Source of the DNA: Podarcis vaucheri
Lineage: Eukaryota
Assembly (NCBI GenBank): GCA_965113315.1
Contig: OZ220364.1
Length of the DNA: 64,000 nt
Reading direction: 5' to 3' (one strand)
The notes below the pieces were generated by a model, which saw nothing but the letters and a program-made list of their open reading frames with translations, had not been told where the DNA came from and did not search any database. How positions within the stretch are numbered: position 1 is the stretch's first letter; every line of letters begins with the position of its first letter. A program made the translations under genes and the position numbers. This document shows, one piece after another, positions 12,347-24,409 of the stretch.

Positions 12347-14528
12347 TTTCTCATTCTCCTTGCATGCTTGTTTAGAAGAAATGTAAATTACCACAATGTT
12401 TTAAAAATTATTTTGCAAAGCAACTTGAAAATCTGATGTGTTGATAAACATTTGTTTTCTGTGTCTTTTTCTGTGTTTAACATAACAGAAATTCCTGAAA
12501 TTTATACGCATCCATGAATTACTTGGTATTCTCATTGGAATCAATTTCTCGGTGCTATGCAGTAACTGCTGAAAAACAGATGTTACCAGCTGTGTGTGCT
12601 AACATTATCTGTGACTGCTCCTATATACCTCTTTTGATTCTTGGTTTCAGTTCACCAATTCAGTATCAAATTATTCAGAATATCATGTTGGTGTCAGTCA
12701 TGTGAAATGCTCTTGATTATTGCCAAGGCACTGACCTTCAGAAAATGTTGTACTTGTACATTCAGGTACGTTATAGGTTGAAAAAAATGTGTTGCTTCTA
12801 TTTTTCTAGTATATCAGACATGCAAGAAAAATCTATTGGTAGGTGATGGTTTATTGATATTTCTTGCATTTGAACTGGCAAAGAGATTGAATCGGTTACG
12901 AAATATACACAATCTGTAATCATTATAAACCTTTAAATAAGAGTTTCTTGAATGTGAATAATCTCTTCTCAAGCACTGAGAAAGAGATTCTGAGTTCAGG
13001 ATGCCAGAAATTCAGTTAGAAACACACACACATTTGGAGGGGGGATTGAGGCAGGGGATTGCTCAGGAATATTTGACAAAAGCATGTTTTATTGAGATTA
13101 ACAGCCTAGGAACTACTGTGGTTTTGAATTTATTTATTCATTAGTCCAAGATATTGATGGGGAAGGAAAACCTTTTCTTTAAAAAAAATCCAGACCCACC
13201 TTTGCAATGTGTTTTGGTTTACCAGTATGTTTCCTATTCCACCTTGTATTTAGTGGCAGTTCAGTGTGGGTGGGGGCAGATATCCAGAGGCCACACAGCT
13301 ACAGTATAAAGTCCCCACAATTGCATGTAGAGTTGGCTATGTGTGGCCCCTGACAACTAGGTTAAGCTCAGTGTTACCACTACTGCAAATTCTTGTATTT
13401 CTCAGGGATACAGGAAGCTACCACTTCATGCAGCTCCACAAGATGGTACATGGTAAGCTTCTGTGGGTTGGGGGCCTCCTGAATTCATCCTAACATTTGT
13501 AGTTGAGAGGCATTAAAGAGGAACTAAATATATGCCTCTTCTTCCTGCACTGCAAGCAAATTTATATGCTTTACTTCTACAGATTAATTAAATCTTATCA
13601 CTTCATCAAAATTGCCATTTAATCTCACAAAAGGTGCTTGATGAGCCCCTGCACCTCTTCAAACAGGAGAAACCCCATTCAAAAATCTACCAGAGCTATA
13701 GCACTACAGTTTCTTGGCCCCACCAGAGGACAGTGGCAGCTAGCAGGGGGACGGGGGCTGAAAAGCTGACTAGAGGAGGAAAGACAGCTGGTTTGAAGTG
13801 CTTTTTCATTTGCTGATTGCATGTATGATGTATGTAAGCTATTTCCACTTGTCACAAGATAACTTCTGATTTTTCTGTACAAAATAAGTCAGTCAAAGAC
13901 TTTTTTGGGGGGGTGAACTGAGGGTTTGTGGTTAGATGCCACACAGTTTCACTTTCTGTGAGAAGGGGACAATTCCTACTTAATCATCCTAGAATAGCAA
14001 ACTGGTCTGTATATATTTAAAGTGCTCTGCCTTGACTGTAAAGGGAACATCTAAACTGATAGTAGGGTTAAGTTTTGCAGAATTTGAGGGCTAGTCTCTT
14101 GTGGAAGTAGGTAAACCCGATACAAATACATGTGGTTTGAATGCCTTCTTTCCTGGAGGTGGATGGAGATCAACAACATAAAAACATCTGGCCTTGTTTA
14201 GAAATCCCTGCTGGCTTTTCATGTGAAACAGATATCTTCTTCTTGCAACAAATTGCTTACCTGCTCAGAAAGGACTTTGGAGGACAGAAGCATGTCTGTT
14301 ATTATCAAATTCCTGTAATTCTGGATTATTTGGAGTGCATGTTATGAAATTTATTTCGTGGCACAGTGGTTGCTTATAATGACCCATTTGACAGTAGAAT
14401 ATTAGAATTTTCCTTATTCTGTTTTCATGCCATCAGGTCTAAGAAAAATGGCACATCATGTAAAACAATACCTATTATCCAATTAGAAGTGCCAGCTAAG
14501 TTGCAGATTTAAAAGGTGTGTGCCAATA

Positions 14529-14749
14529 CAGTGGTACCTCAGGTTAAGTACTTAATTAGTTCCGGAGGACCATTCTTAACCTGAAACTGTTCTTAACCTG
14601 AAGCACCACTTTAGCTAATGGGGCCTCCTGCTGCTGCCACACTGCCGGAGCACGATTTCTGTTCTCACCCTGAAGCAAAGTTCTTAACCCGAGGTACTAT
14701 TTCTGGGTTAACCTGTAACCTGAAGCATATGTAACCCGAAGTACCACTG
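14529..14749 (+). mobile_element. Tc1/mariner MITE, family A copy 2
   Basis: TA TSD and CAGTGGTAC...GTACCACTG termini. Confidence 0.88.
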
Positions 14750-14970
14750 TATCTCAACGGCTAAGAAAATGTCCAGATACGGCAGCAGAGTTTTATAAGG
14801 TGGAATGCTTATTAAATTTAAAAAGTACCACATCATCATAACCACATGAAACAATTTTATACCAAATTATGGAAAACCATTAGCGTAGAATGATAAAAAG
14901 GAAATGGACAATTAAACATTTTGTTTCAGGTAGGCAATACATTTGGCAAAAATTAAAAAAAATCACTTAC

Positions 14971-15035
14971 AGAATCCAGAAAGCACAGATAAGTCCCCGA
15001 GCTCTGATCTATTGCATGATTTTTAGCAAAGCCCA
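14971..15035 (-). CDS. B3GNTL1: B3GNTL1/QTGAL coding exon (65 nt) (V)GFAKNHAIDQSSGTYLCFLDS
   Basis: Acceptor tttatctacag and donor gtaagt, phase 1/0, consistent with both neighbours. Matches human [22 protein letters not shown]. Confidence 0.95.
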
Positions 15036-15295
15036 CTGTAGATAAAGCAAAGTTACAAAAGAGTGCATGAGCATCATTGCAATTTGCAATCTAAGTTTTT
15101 CTACTCAAAAACACACTAGGTGACATTAAAGCTCCTTGCCAGATTTCAGAATTGCAGCCCACAGTAAGCAAGCCATAATGGATGATTGAGTTGCACACCC
15201 ATGACAAATTCTATTCTTTCTTTCCTGGATACCTCTTCATGTATATGAACATTATGAATATATAGCCTTGAACTTCACAAAGAAATGATAACTAA

Positions 15296-15443
15296 GCCTC
15301 TGTGGTGCAATGGGTCAGTGTGTGTCTGGCTGTTAACCAGAAAGTTGGTGGTTTGAGCCCACCCAGGGATGGATGTGCTAGGATTCCTGCATTGAAGGGG
15401 CTGGACTGGAACACCCTTCCAACTCTACAATTCTATGATTCTA
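15296..15443 (+). mobile_element. tRNA-Asn(GTT)-derived SINE-like element with a CR1 3' tail
   Basis: 15296-15371 resembles vertebrate tRNA-Asn (gcctctgtggtgcaatgggtcag...ggctgttaacc...ttggtggtttgagcccacccagggatg) with CpG decay. It is followed by a CR1-type end gattcctgcattg...cccttccaactctacaattctatgattcta. Confidence 0.75.
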
Positions 15444-17489
15444 GGAAATCATTTAAATTAAAACTCAACCCTTCAAAGTTCTATGGCTGCCGTAACTAAA
15501 TTTAAATGACTGGAAAACCCAGTAAAACCTTACAAGACCTGGACATGTTTACTGAAAAGTAAAGCAGGTCTGGGCATGTTGAATGACCAGAACCAATAGC
15601 TCGGAATAATTATCTCCTGAGGAATAAAATGAATAGACTAAAATTGAACAACTAATCCTGCCACAGAGCAGTAACTGTTCCAGAAGGATCAGTTGTGTAA
15701 TCAAGTTTGTCTTTCTCTCTCCCCATCCCAAGCATATAATGTTTCAAATAATTGTCTGATTATAGCAAAGAAGGCTAAAAGGATGCTATGATTAAGGGCA
15801 CATTCAAAGGTCATAAAATCAGTCATGGATGATTCTTATAAGGAAGCTTGTAGGGTCGCCACTGTGATGAAAGGTAGCCAGAAATTTAGATTCATTGTCA
15901 TTTAAATCACTTGCCCAACACTCAATAAGTAGCTTGATCCATATGTTGCTGCTTTTACACATCACAAAATCGGTCATAAAGGCTGACTTGAGTCATTCGG
16001 ATTTCATAATATATGAATGCTGGAGAACATTTGGTTACTCATGTGACAGGCAAAGTTTAAGGATATGTTTTTAAAAAATTATGTAAGTCAAAACAATCTT
16101 ACAAATATTTTAAAAGGTCAGCACTTAAATGCACATATGGGTAACAAGCTGGTGAGATAAGTGGGTCAGAGGAGAAACAATCATGTTTGTTTGTTTGTTC
16201 GTTCAAGTGCAAATAGTTTAGAAGTAAGCTTAATTAAAAACAAGACACCCAAAGTTTTGGTAGTTAGCTAGTCATAAAATGCCCTTTTGACATCAGCACA
16301 ATTATAGGATTTCCAAAAGATTTTATTCCGCATGGAAACTGGATTATTTAAACAACTGGTCTAAGGCAATGAATTTTGTTTGGCATAAGCAAAGAATTCG
16401 CTGCAATATTGCTATACTGATGAGACTCAAATGTTTGTGCCAAGGCTTTGCATTTTGCAAGGCCTGCTTACTTAGCAAAAAGAGCCTGTTACCATGGTCA
16501 CAGGAGGGGGGGAAACTAAGACCCCGTGAGATATTAACATTCCTCACTCTTGGAAAGAAGTTGTTTTGTGTTAGTTTCTTTAAAGCCACTGACCCCTCTC
16601 TTTTGTGGGGGGGAGGTTTCCCCTTTGTTTTCCTTTTTCCTTTTCCAAGGCAGAAAAGAATCAGAAATGAATCTTAATCCAGGGTAAACAATCCAGGACA
16701 TGAAGACTGTCACATTTGTTTCGTTATTGGGGCTGCTTGTTTCAAAGGAAGTACTCCCTACAAGTTTTAACTACTCTTAACCACAGGAAAGTAAATCACT
16801 AAGGACAAAGGGGTCACAAAGATTTCCATCTAAACTGGCTGCCCAAATGTAAATACAAACGAGCTGCTCCACACTGGAAAATGATTACTTCATGGCAACC
16901 TGCTTTCAAAGGTATATAGTTTGAACAAAATACACCTTTCCTAATCCAATTTACCAATGACTGGGAAAATTCAGAAGCCATACGTTTTTTTCCTTCCTGT
17001 GTCTATGCATTTTTTCACATCATAAAATGTACTTTTTTAAAGTAAAAACTAAGACTCCCAAACCCTAACACTTTACCAATCATATGCATATTAGCCTGGA
17101 AACCAAATGTCAAATAATTATTGTGTTGTTGTTTTTGGAATTGTCAGTATTTTCCCCAAGTCTATGGTTGTTTTTTAAATGTTACACAGCTTCCAAAAGA
17201 GGCTCAGGCTTTAATGAGTGTCTAAGGGACAGTTTTATGCTTCTGGAGTAGCCACCATGTAACAACCCATAAACTTGAGGAATTGTTGGTAAATACAAGG
17301 AATAGTTACAGTAAATGAGGGGGCCACATCTGATGGAGGAAATCAACTATGCGGAAAGAACAGCAGGCTTCACTCAGGTCATCATGCATTTACTTTCATG
17401 TGAAAATGTTTCGAACTGGGCTGCAATACCACAAAGGGTGCACATATTGCTACTGGTATTCTAACAGGAAGAAGCAAATCCCTCCCCTC

Positions 17490-17650
17490 CTCTCCATGTT
17501 ATCCTCACCATAACACTGGGTGGTGGGTTTGGCTGAGAGGCACCGACTGGCCCAAGGTCACCTCATGAGCATCATGACAGAGTGGGAGTTTGAACCCTGT
17601 TCTCCCAGATCCCAGTCCAGTATTTGCCAATTATTATACCACACTGGCTG
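17490..17650 (-). mobile_element. Older Squam3/MIR-like SINE fragment
   Basis: gactggcccaaggtcacc...gagtgggagtttgaaccc...ccacactggc. Confidence 0.6.
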
Positions 17651-17687
17651 GCTAGCTTACTCTCTGAGCTTGTTTAAGACTGCACAC

Positions 17688-17973
17688 TTTTCCACACTTA
17701 CCTTTTGCTTTGCTCTTTCCAGGCAGAGGTCTGCACTTTAATGCTTTGTGTCTAAGCGATTGGTTTTCCCCCCCCCGCCACGAAGCTTTAAAACTGACTC
17801 AGAACAAACGTCAATTCAGGTTTTCCGCAGATTAATGTTTGCTCCAATTGAGCTTTAAAGAGCAGATTTTAGTGGGGAAAGCTCCAGAGCAAAAAAGGGG
17901 TGCTTAAATACAGAGCTTTAAATCTCGGACCATGCCTGGAAAGAGTGGAGGAAAGGTAAGTGTGGATAAGCCC
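17688..17973. mobile_element. Old DNA-transposon-like element with ~70-bp imperfect inverted arms
   Basis: tccacacttacctttt...ctctttccaggca...ctaagc is mirrored by gcttaaa...tgcctggaaagag...aaaggtaagtgtgga. Confidence 0.6.
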
Positions 17974-19818
17974 TCAGTCTAGCATTGCTAGTTGATGGAA
18001 AAACATTCAAGCTTGCTTTGTCTGAATTAAAGTCTAGGCTTCACTTTGAGCTATCCAAGGTGCTACCGACCTTCCTTTCTTTGCCTTTTGGACATTGACC
18101 TCTGCATTACCAGACCTTGTTTATCTGGGTTTACCTTCTGCTTACCATGACCTTGTCTCACTGGAATTTGACCTAACTTTGTTTCCTGGATCTGAAACAG
18201 GTGCTAGCAGTATATGACTTGGTCTTCCTGGACTCTGCACCTAGCACAAGCCCCCACTTCAGCCAGAAGCCCAACCCCCAGGTGAGCCCATTATCCCTCT
18301 AGGAGATTCTTGGTTAGGCAAATGCACCCTTTGCCCCTTAGCTTGTGTTTGTTGGGGAAGAGATAATGGGAAGAGGCTTGGAAATCTTAGTTGACCCATT
18401 TCCAGTTTACAACTAGAAAAATGTTGGAAGGGGGTTAGCACACAGCTGAGAAGCAGCAGAGGGGAAAGACAATGCTATGAGGTCAAAACATAGAGATCAA
18501 AATTTGAAAAAGAAAGATCGGTTGAGAGGAGCAGGAGCAGGAAGGCAGCGAAGTCATTAAATGTCGCCTTTCCAAAGAGTCCCTCTCTCAGAGTTGTTTT
18601 TCCTTAAAAGCATAGTCCATCAAGGGTACATTGCACATATTTGCATGTAACTTATATTTTCCCTCTTTTTATGTAAGAGTCAAATTATATTTTTTTACAG
18701 TTTAAATAGGCATTTCCCCCTTTTTTCCCATTACTTGCAACTTCAAAATAAGGATGAATAGGAATAAATTATAGATATCAATGGGGAAAAGCAACAACAG
18801 GATTATATTACAGAGATGATTTTATGTTTAACAAGATAAGGGAGGAAAACACAAACTAAAACTTCCTAAATAAAAGTATATGAAAAGTTTATTCTGGAAA
18901 ACAAAGAAAGCATTTCCTAAATTAATTTCATCATTTTTCTCCTTAGCTCTTAGATTCCCTCTTGCTCATAACACCAACATGCTATCCTTTTTCACCATCT
19001 CACAGGGAAAGGACAGCAAGCTTTAAAACTCAATACAAACGTTTACAGTTCACATCTCACTGAGCTGATCTTCATTCTGGAGTGGTCACACTTGGCAATT
19101 CAACTCGAATCCATTACTTTCCAGCCTATTACAACAATTCCAGAGCTATTTATTTTGGCTTGGATCACAATTTAACCTCATTTGTGCTTTTTCAGTCTAG
19201 CACATAACAAACCTGGCTTTTTCCCAGTCTGCAGCAAAGGTGATGGCTCTCTCTCAATCCACACAACATTTATTTCCTGGCCATCTCTAAGCTAAGTTAT
19301 GCCATATATTATTTGCCTCTTAAGCGCGTATTGAAAAACTGACTAGAGAACTGAGGAAAAACTGGTGTGAATTTCCAGCAATATAAGATACGGTGAATCT
19401 AACTATTTTCTTTTGCCAACAGAGTCATGATGATTTACAACGTGATTCTAAACCCATTAAACAGAAGTCCCATTGATTTTCAGTGGGACTTATTTTTCTG
19501 CACAATCCTATGCACGCTTGCTTAGAAATAAGTCCAACTGTGTTCAATGGGGCTTACTTCCTCATAAGAGTTGTTAAGATTGCAGCAACAGTGTACTTAG
19601 TATTAGGCCAAATTCTGTCTTGGCACATAAAAGAAAACCTCAGCAACCTCAAAAAGAGAGTCACTTCTGACAGTTATTAAGGAAGAGTCTTGGTCTGAAC
19701 GTGGATGCACTGACAAACAGAATGTTCTAGAATGCTACACAACTTGTGGGAAGCTGTTATGCAGAAAACTAAGTTATCCCACTGTCTTGAATAGCTGCTG
19801 TTCTTTTAAGGCACCTAC

Positions 19819-19918
19819 CTCCCCGTGGTTGAGATGAACCATTTTCTCCAAGTACCATCTGAATGCCTGCTTCTTCCAATAGAACTTTCCACTTTTTTAA
19901 TATATTTCCTGAATTGTC
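19819..19918 (-). CDS. B3GNTL1: B3GNTL1/QTGAL coding exon (100 nt) DNSGNILKKWKVLLEEAGIQMVLGENGSSQPRG(V)
   Basis: Acceptor ttctaaacag and donor gtaggt, phase 0/1. Similar to human [33 protein letters not shown]. Confidence 0.92.
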
Positions 19919-20898
19919 CTGTTTAGAAATATTGACACTGAGTAGGTATAATGTTTAAAAGTTAAACATTTAATTCCTCGCATTTCTTTCCCACATCTTA
20001 TTGCTACATGTGAGAAGGGATAAGGTCACTGCAAAGTCACAGCCGAGTCGTCATACTGCTTTTAAACTGCACTTTTATGAGTATTTGCCCACAATCTGAC
20101 ATCAATGACATCTTCCAGTGCTTTTCAGCCACACTTGGACATCATCAGGAGTTTCTGGAGGGCTCTGCTGAGGAGCACAACTTCCTCTTCTCTGAAGAGG
20201 AGCAATCAGGTAGGCAGTGAGTCCCAAGAAAAGGACACAGACCCCTGTGGGCTGCTGGGTGGCAAAAGAGGAAGACAGCTCAATGAGGAAGGGTTGCACA
20301 CAAAGACCAAACCCAGCTGCAAGGTACCTCAGCCTCAGCCTTTTTCGTATCCCACTACTACCCCAGAGCTCAAGCTGATTGCAGAAGAACTGGCTGGAGC
20401 TACAGTACTGCACCCAAGCTCAACAGATTGGACTAACAAAATGGCACCAAGACATGGGGATGGAGAGAGAACAGAACCCCTTTCAAAAGCCAGAGCATTT
20501 CAATCCAGCTCAGCTCCTGAAAGTCACTTTGCAAAACAGCCAGTTTTGATACAACAATTATGCTACATCAGGGAGAGAGCCCTTTTCTTTCCCACAAACT
20601 AAGGAATTGGGAGCAAGAGGAAGAAGAAGGGGAAGGGTCTGACTGGGAGTATGTCTGCGTGTGTTAAAGGTGTGAGTTTGTATCTCTGACACCACACACT
20701 ATTGGGACTGACCCCCCCCCCCAAATCCACTTTGGAAGGTGGGCCCCTGACAGCATTCCAGCAGGGTAATACAGCTCTCACCCCAAAAAAGGTCCCCCAC
20801 CCCTGGTGAAATAAACACAGTAAGAACACATTCCTGGAATTGGTATTCAAATGATAATTGTGCAGTAGAACTAGAACTGTATACTGACAGGTACATAC

Positions 20899-21015
20899 CA
20901 TACTAGCGTCATTAAAAACAGATAGTTCCATGGAACCTTGGAAGTCTTGCTCCAGAACAGACTTCAGGCATTCATCCAGCCAGCACTCAGCATTGTAAAC
21001 TGGCAGAATTATGGA
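20899..21015 (-). CDS. B3GNTL1: B3GNTL1/QTGAL coding exon (117 nt) [39 protein letters not shown]
   Basis: Acceptor ttactccttgtag and donor gtatgt, phase 0/0. The translation matches the recalled human N-terminal glycosyltransferase segment [38 protein letters not shown]. Confidence 0.95.
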
Positions 21016-21480
21016 CTACAAGGAGTAAGAATACATGACATAGAATCAGCAAAAACGCACCAACATTTTATTCCCTGCTCCACAAAAAGGTTACTTTTAT
21101 TATATCCACTAATCAAACACACACAATAGTTTTTGAGCAGAAAACAAAGGACACTGTCGTTTTCTTTACAAACAGCTTTTTATCCTTCAATGTTGCTCTG
21201 TTATTGATTATTGTTATTTTAACAACTAATAAATTGAAATGAAAATTAGTAGTAGTTATTACTTCTATGGACTGCTTCAAACTGACTGACATAATTTCAC
21301 ACTTATCAACTACACAGTTCTTTATCAAGAATAGTAAACTAATTCCGTATTTCATAATCCTCTCGTTTAAATCAAGTTTCATAAATTCAAAATCTTATTC
21401 TATTATTATAATAACTGGATGAAGAGATGAACTCCTGTAACCAATAACATTGGAGGAGCATTATCAAGCCATAGAACATA

Positions 21481-21738
21481 CCGTATTTTTCACTCTATAA
21501 GACGCACCAGGCCATAAGATGCACCTAGTTTTTGGAGGAGGAAAAGAAGAAAAAAAATATTCTGAATCCCAGGAGCCAGAACAGCAAGAGGGATCGCTGC
21601 GCAGCAAAAGCAGCGATCCCTCTTGCTGTTCTGGCTTCTTTATAGCTGTGCAGCCTGCATTCGCTCCATAAGACGCACACACATTTCCCCTTACTTTTTA
21701 GGAGGGAAAAAGTAAATCTTATAGAGCAAAAAATACGA
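21481..21738. mobile_element. Tc2/pogo-like MITE with an internal perfect hairpin
   Basis: TA flanks, termini CCGTATTTTTCACTCTATAAGA and TCTTATAGAGCAAAAAATACGA, and repeated ATAAGACGCAC subterminal motifs. Confidence 0.8.
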
Positions 21739-22527
21739 TATTTGTTATTCAATTGTTAACACTTTTTTTCTCTAATCAATTAGCCACACAGCAAAATGTG
21801 GTTTGCTAAAAGGACAAAAATAACTCCTCCTCCCCCCCCCCCACTTTCATTTAGAGTCAGCATTTAAGTTCACTTTCAGTATCTCTATTTTGCTATGTTC
21901 AGGGAAACGCAAGCATGCATGCCCATGTCTTAAGAAATGAGCAGCTAAATCAGGGATGAAGAACCTGTGGTCCCCCAAATGTTGAACTTCCAACAGTGAG
22001 GGATTATGGGAGGAGTTTAAATACAACAACATCTGGAAGGTCACAAGTTCCCCATCCCTGATTATTCCCCATGGGAAATAATGTATATGCAAAGGTCTAC
22101 AAATCTGATTGTCAAGCTCACACGGTAAGCATACCTTTCCCCTGTACTTTAGAGGCACTATGAATATGAAGTCCCCACCCTCCTCCTGATTTTAAGCTGT
22201 ATATTTAAGTTGTATATGTGCTCAAAGTGGTTCACAGAAAAATCAAAGTCTAAATACAGTAAAACAATAATTACAAGGCATAGTAAATATATATAATCAA
22301 TTATTAATGGTTTATTTCACATATATCAATGTTTAAGTAAGCATGCAACTTAATAATGTGTCATGTCAAAGTATCCTTTAAGCAACTCCCTCATAAAGGC
22401 TCCTGGGGCTGGAGGGTGAGCAACACAGGTGAAACCAACCATTTCCTGAAAGCAACCACAGAGTTTCTCTCCCCTCGCATTTCTTCCTCTGAAAACAGTT
22501 CCTTTAAGAAGGCTCCTAGGTCTAGCG

Positions 22528-22717
22528 CAGGCATGTCCAACAGGTAAATTGTAAATAGATCACTGGCTCCCCCCAAAGAAGCCGAACAACTCAACCCTCA
22601 ACCTCCTCCCTGAAAAAAGCTCAACAACTTTGACCTGAACCCCCCAAAAAGGGGGTAGATCACTGCCAGTTTTTAACTGTGAGTAGATCACAGTCTCTTG
22701 GGAGTTGGCCACCCCTG
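22528..22717. mobile_element. hAT-like non-autonomous element
   Basis: Termini CAGGCATGTCCAAC / GTTGGCCACCCCTG, degenerate 8-bp TSD gtctagcg/gtcttggg, and repeated TAGATCAC motifs. Confidence 0.65.
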
Positions 22718-23838
22718 GTCTTGGGCATTGGGCAAGGCAGAGAGAATGGCCAACAGAGTCTCACCTCTTATTTAGCAAAACTCTCTAGAAGCTAGCTTAG
22801 GGAACATACATCTTCCCAAGGAACATATCATGCTTAAAAGCATGTTTACAATGAGCACCCTTAAACTCTTAGGATATCCACTTATCAAAGAAATGAGCGT
22901 ATCTTTTCCACAACATGCTTTTAAACATACACGGTTCTTGGAAGCATTCCCAGCAGTCCTTAAGTTCAGGAACGTAAAAGTAGGAGCTAACTTAACTTTA
23001 CATGCTAATAGCATGTGACAAAACCACAACTATTATTGCTATTTTAAGGAACAAGCTGATTTGGATGGGGGAAATTTACAACGGAAAAGCAATATGCGCA
23101 CGTCTCCACTTCAAGTCAGCCCCTTCTGGAGTGGCTTTCCTTTTAAAACAAGCAAACAAACCACAGCTGACAAGGTTTGGTTACATGCGTTTGCATGAAC
23201 CTTTAGCCCTCAAGATTACACCATCTTGCTTCTCTAGAAAAATCCACACAGCTGGGGAAAGGCCTCAAACGATGACTATTACAGTATTATTGTTACTCTT
23301 TATTGAATTTGTTAGTCATTTTAACTTGTCCCAGGCCAACCAAAAGCCACCTACAACCCAACAAGGGGGGGGGGAATCCCCCACATAGTTACATTAAAAC
23401 CAAGAGAAAAAAGAAATACATTGAAAACATCCCATCCACTTCCAAAAGGCTACAAATAGTTAAAGGCCAAAAGCCTGGCAATAGAGTTTTGCCTGGCACC
23501 TAATGATATAGCATATAATGATGGCACTAGGCAAACTTCCCATGGCACCCTCCTAACGTTTTGACCACAAATCCCACCAGCATGGCCTAATGGTCAGAGT
23601 TGATGAGATTTGTAGTTCAAAACATCTGGAGCGCACCCCATTAGCTACCCCTGGTAGTATCAGCCTGACCAAAAGAAAAAGACCTTGTCGCTAAGGTTAT
23701 GTTTGCTGATGCTCTGCAGCAGCTCACATTAACAACCATTCCTGAAGTCGAGTATACAGTATTTAGATTCAGCACCCATTGACAAACTTTGCAGATGTAG
23801 AAAGACAACCGAGAGCGAAAGCAGAATATGGAACATAC

Positions 23839-24036
23839 CACCTGAATCTCATTGCTTTCTCTGCCTTCCTTACTGAATGATGCGGCGGACTGCGACTGAG
23901 GTCCCTCCAGTAAGGGAGGAGGAGATGGGGCGACTGGACTTTGGCGCTGGGTAAGCCCTGAGCCACCACCAGCACAGGTGCCTTTTTGCAAAAAGGGGCT
24001 CCCAGGTCCCCCAGAGACCCCTTTGGCCATCTCCAT
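23839..24036 (-). CDS. B3GNTL1: Probable first coding exon of B3GNTL1/QTGAL (66 codons, MEMAKG...ESNEIQV)
   Basis: ATG at 24036 in a strong context (gggATGg), open frame to a GTG|gtatgt donor in phase 0, in frame with the next exon. The junction EIQV|SIILPV parallels human MQAHV|SIILPV, and the exon lies just downstream of the CpG island. Confidence 0.6.
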
Positions 24037-24324
24037 CCCTGACCTTTACACACTCAGAAAAATGAAGGAAAAAATGAGGGCCGTGGGAGGGGGGAGCAGT
24101 GCACGTGGCATCTCACAGACCAGGACTTCTTTAAACCTGCTGCAACATGGGACTGACCAGCACCTTCTGCAAAAAGTAGATGAGGGTGAGAGAGCTGCCA
24201 GGTGAAGCCTGAGGGACACGTGGGAAGGTGCTTTTAAAAAAGCCCCAGGAGAGAGAGAGAGAGACGTATAAAAACAAAGTGCAGAGGGAAGAACTCTGAG
24301 AGCCAGGTATAAGGAGGCGAGGAA

Positions 24325-24367
24325 ATAATTAATAAATAATAATAATAATAATAATAACAACAATAAT
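24325..24367. repeat. Imperfect (TAA/CAA)n microsatellite between the CpG island and the B3GNTL1 ATG
   Basis: taattaataaataataataataataataataacaacaataat. Confidence 0.85.
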
Positions 24368-24409
24368 GAGGTGGGGGAAGGAAGCCACACAGAGAAGAGG
24401 AAATACAAA

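Noticed and set aside
15296-15371. Functional tRNA-Asn gene
   Set aside because: CpG-decay substitutions and indels disrupt the stems and B box, and it is fused to a CR1 tail.
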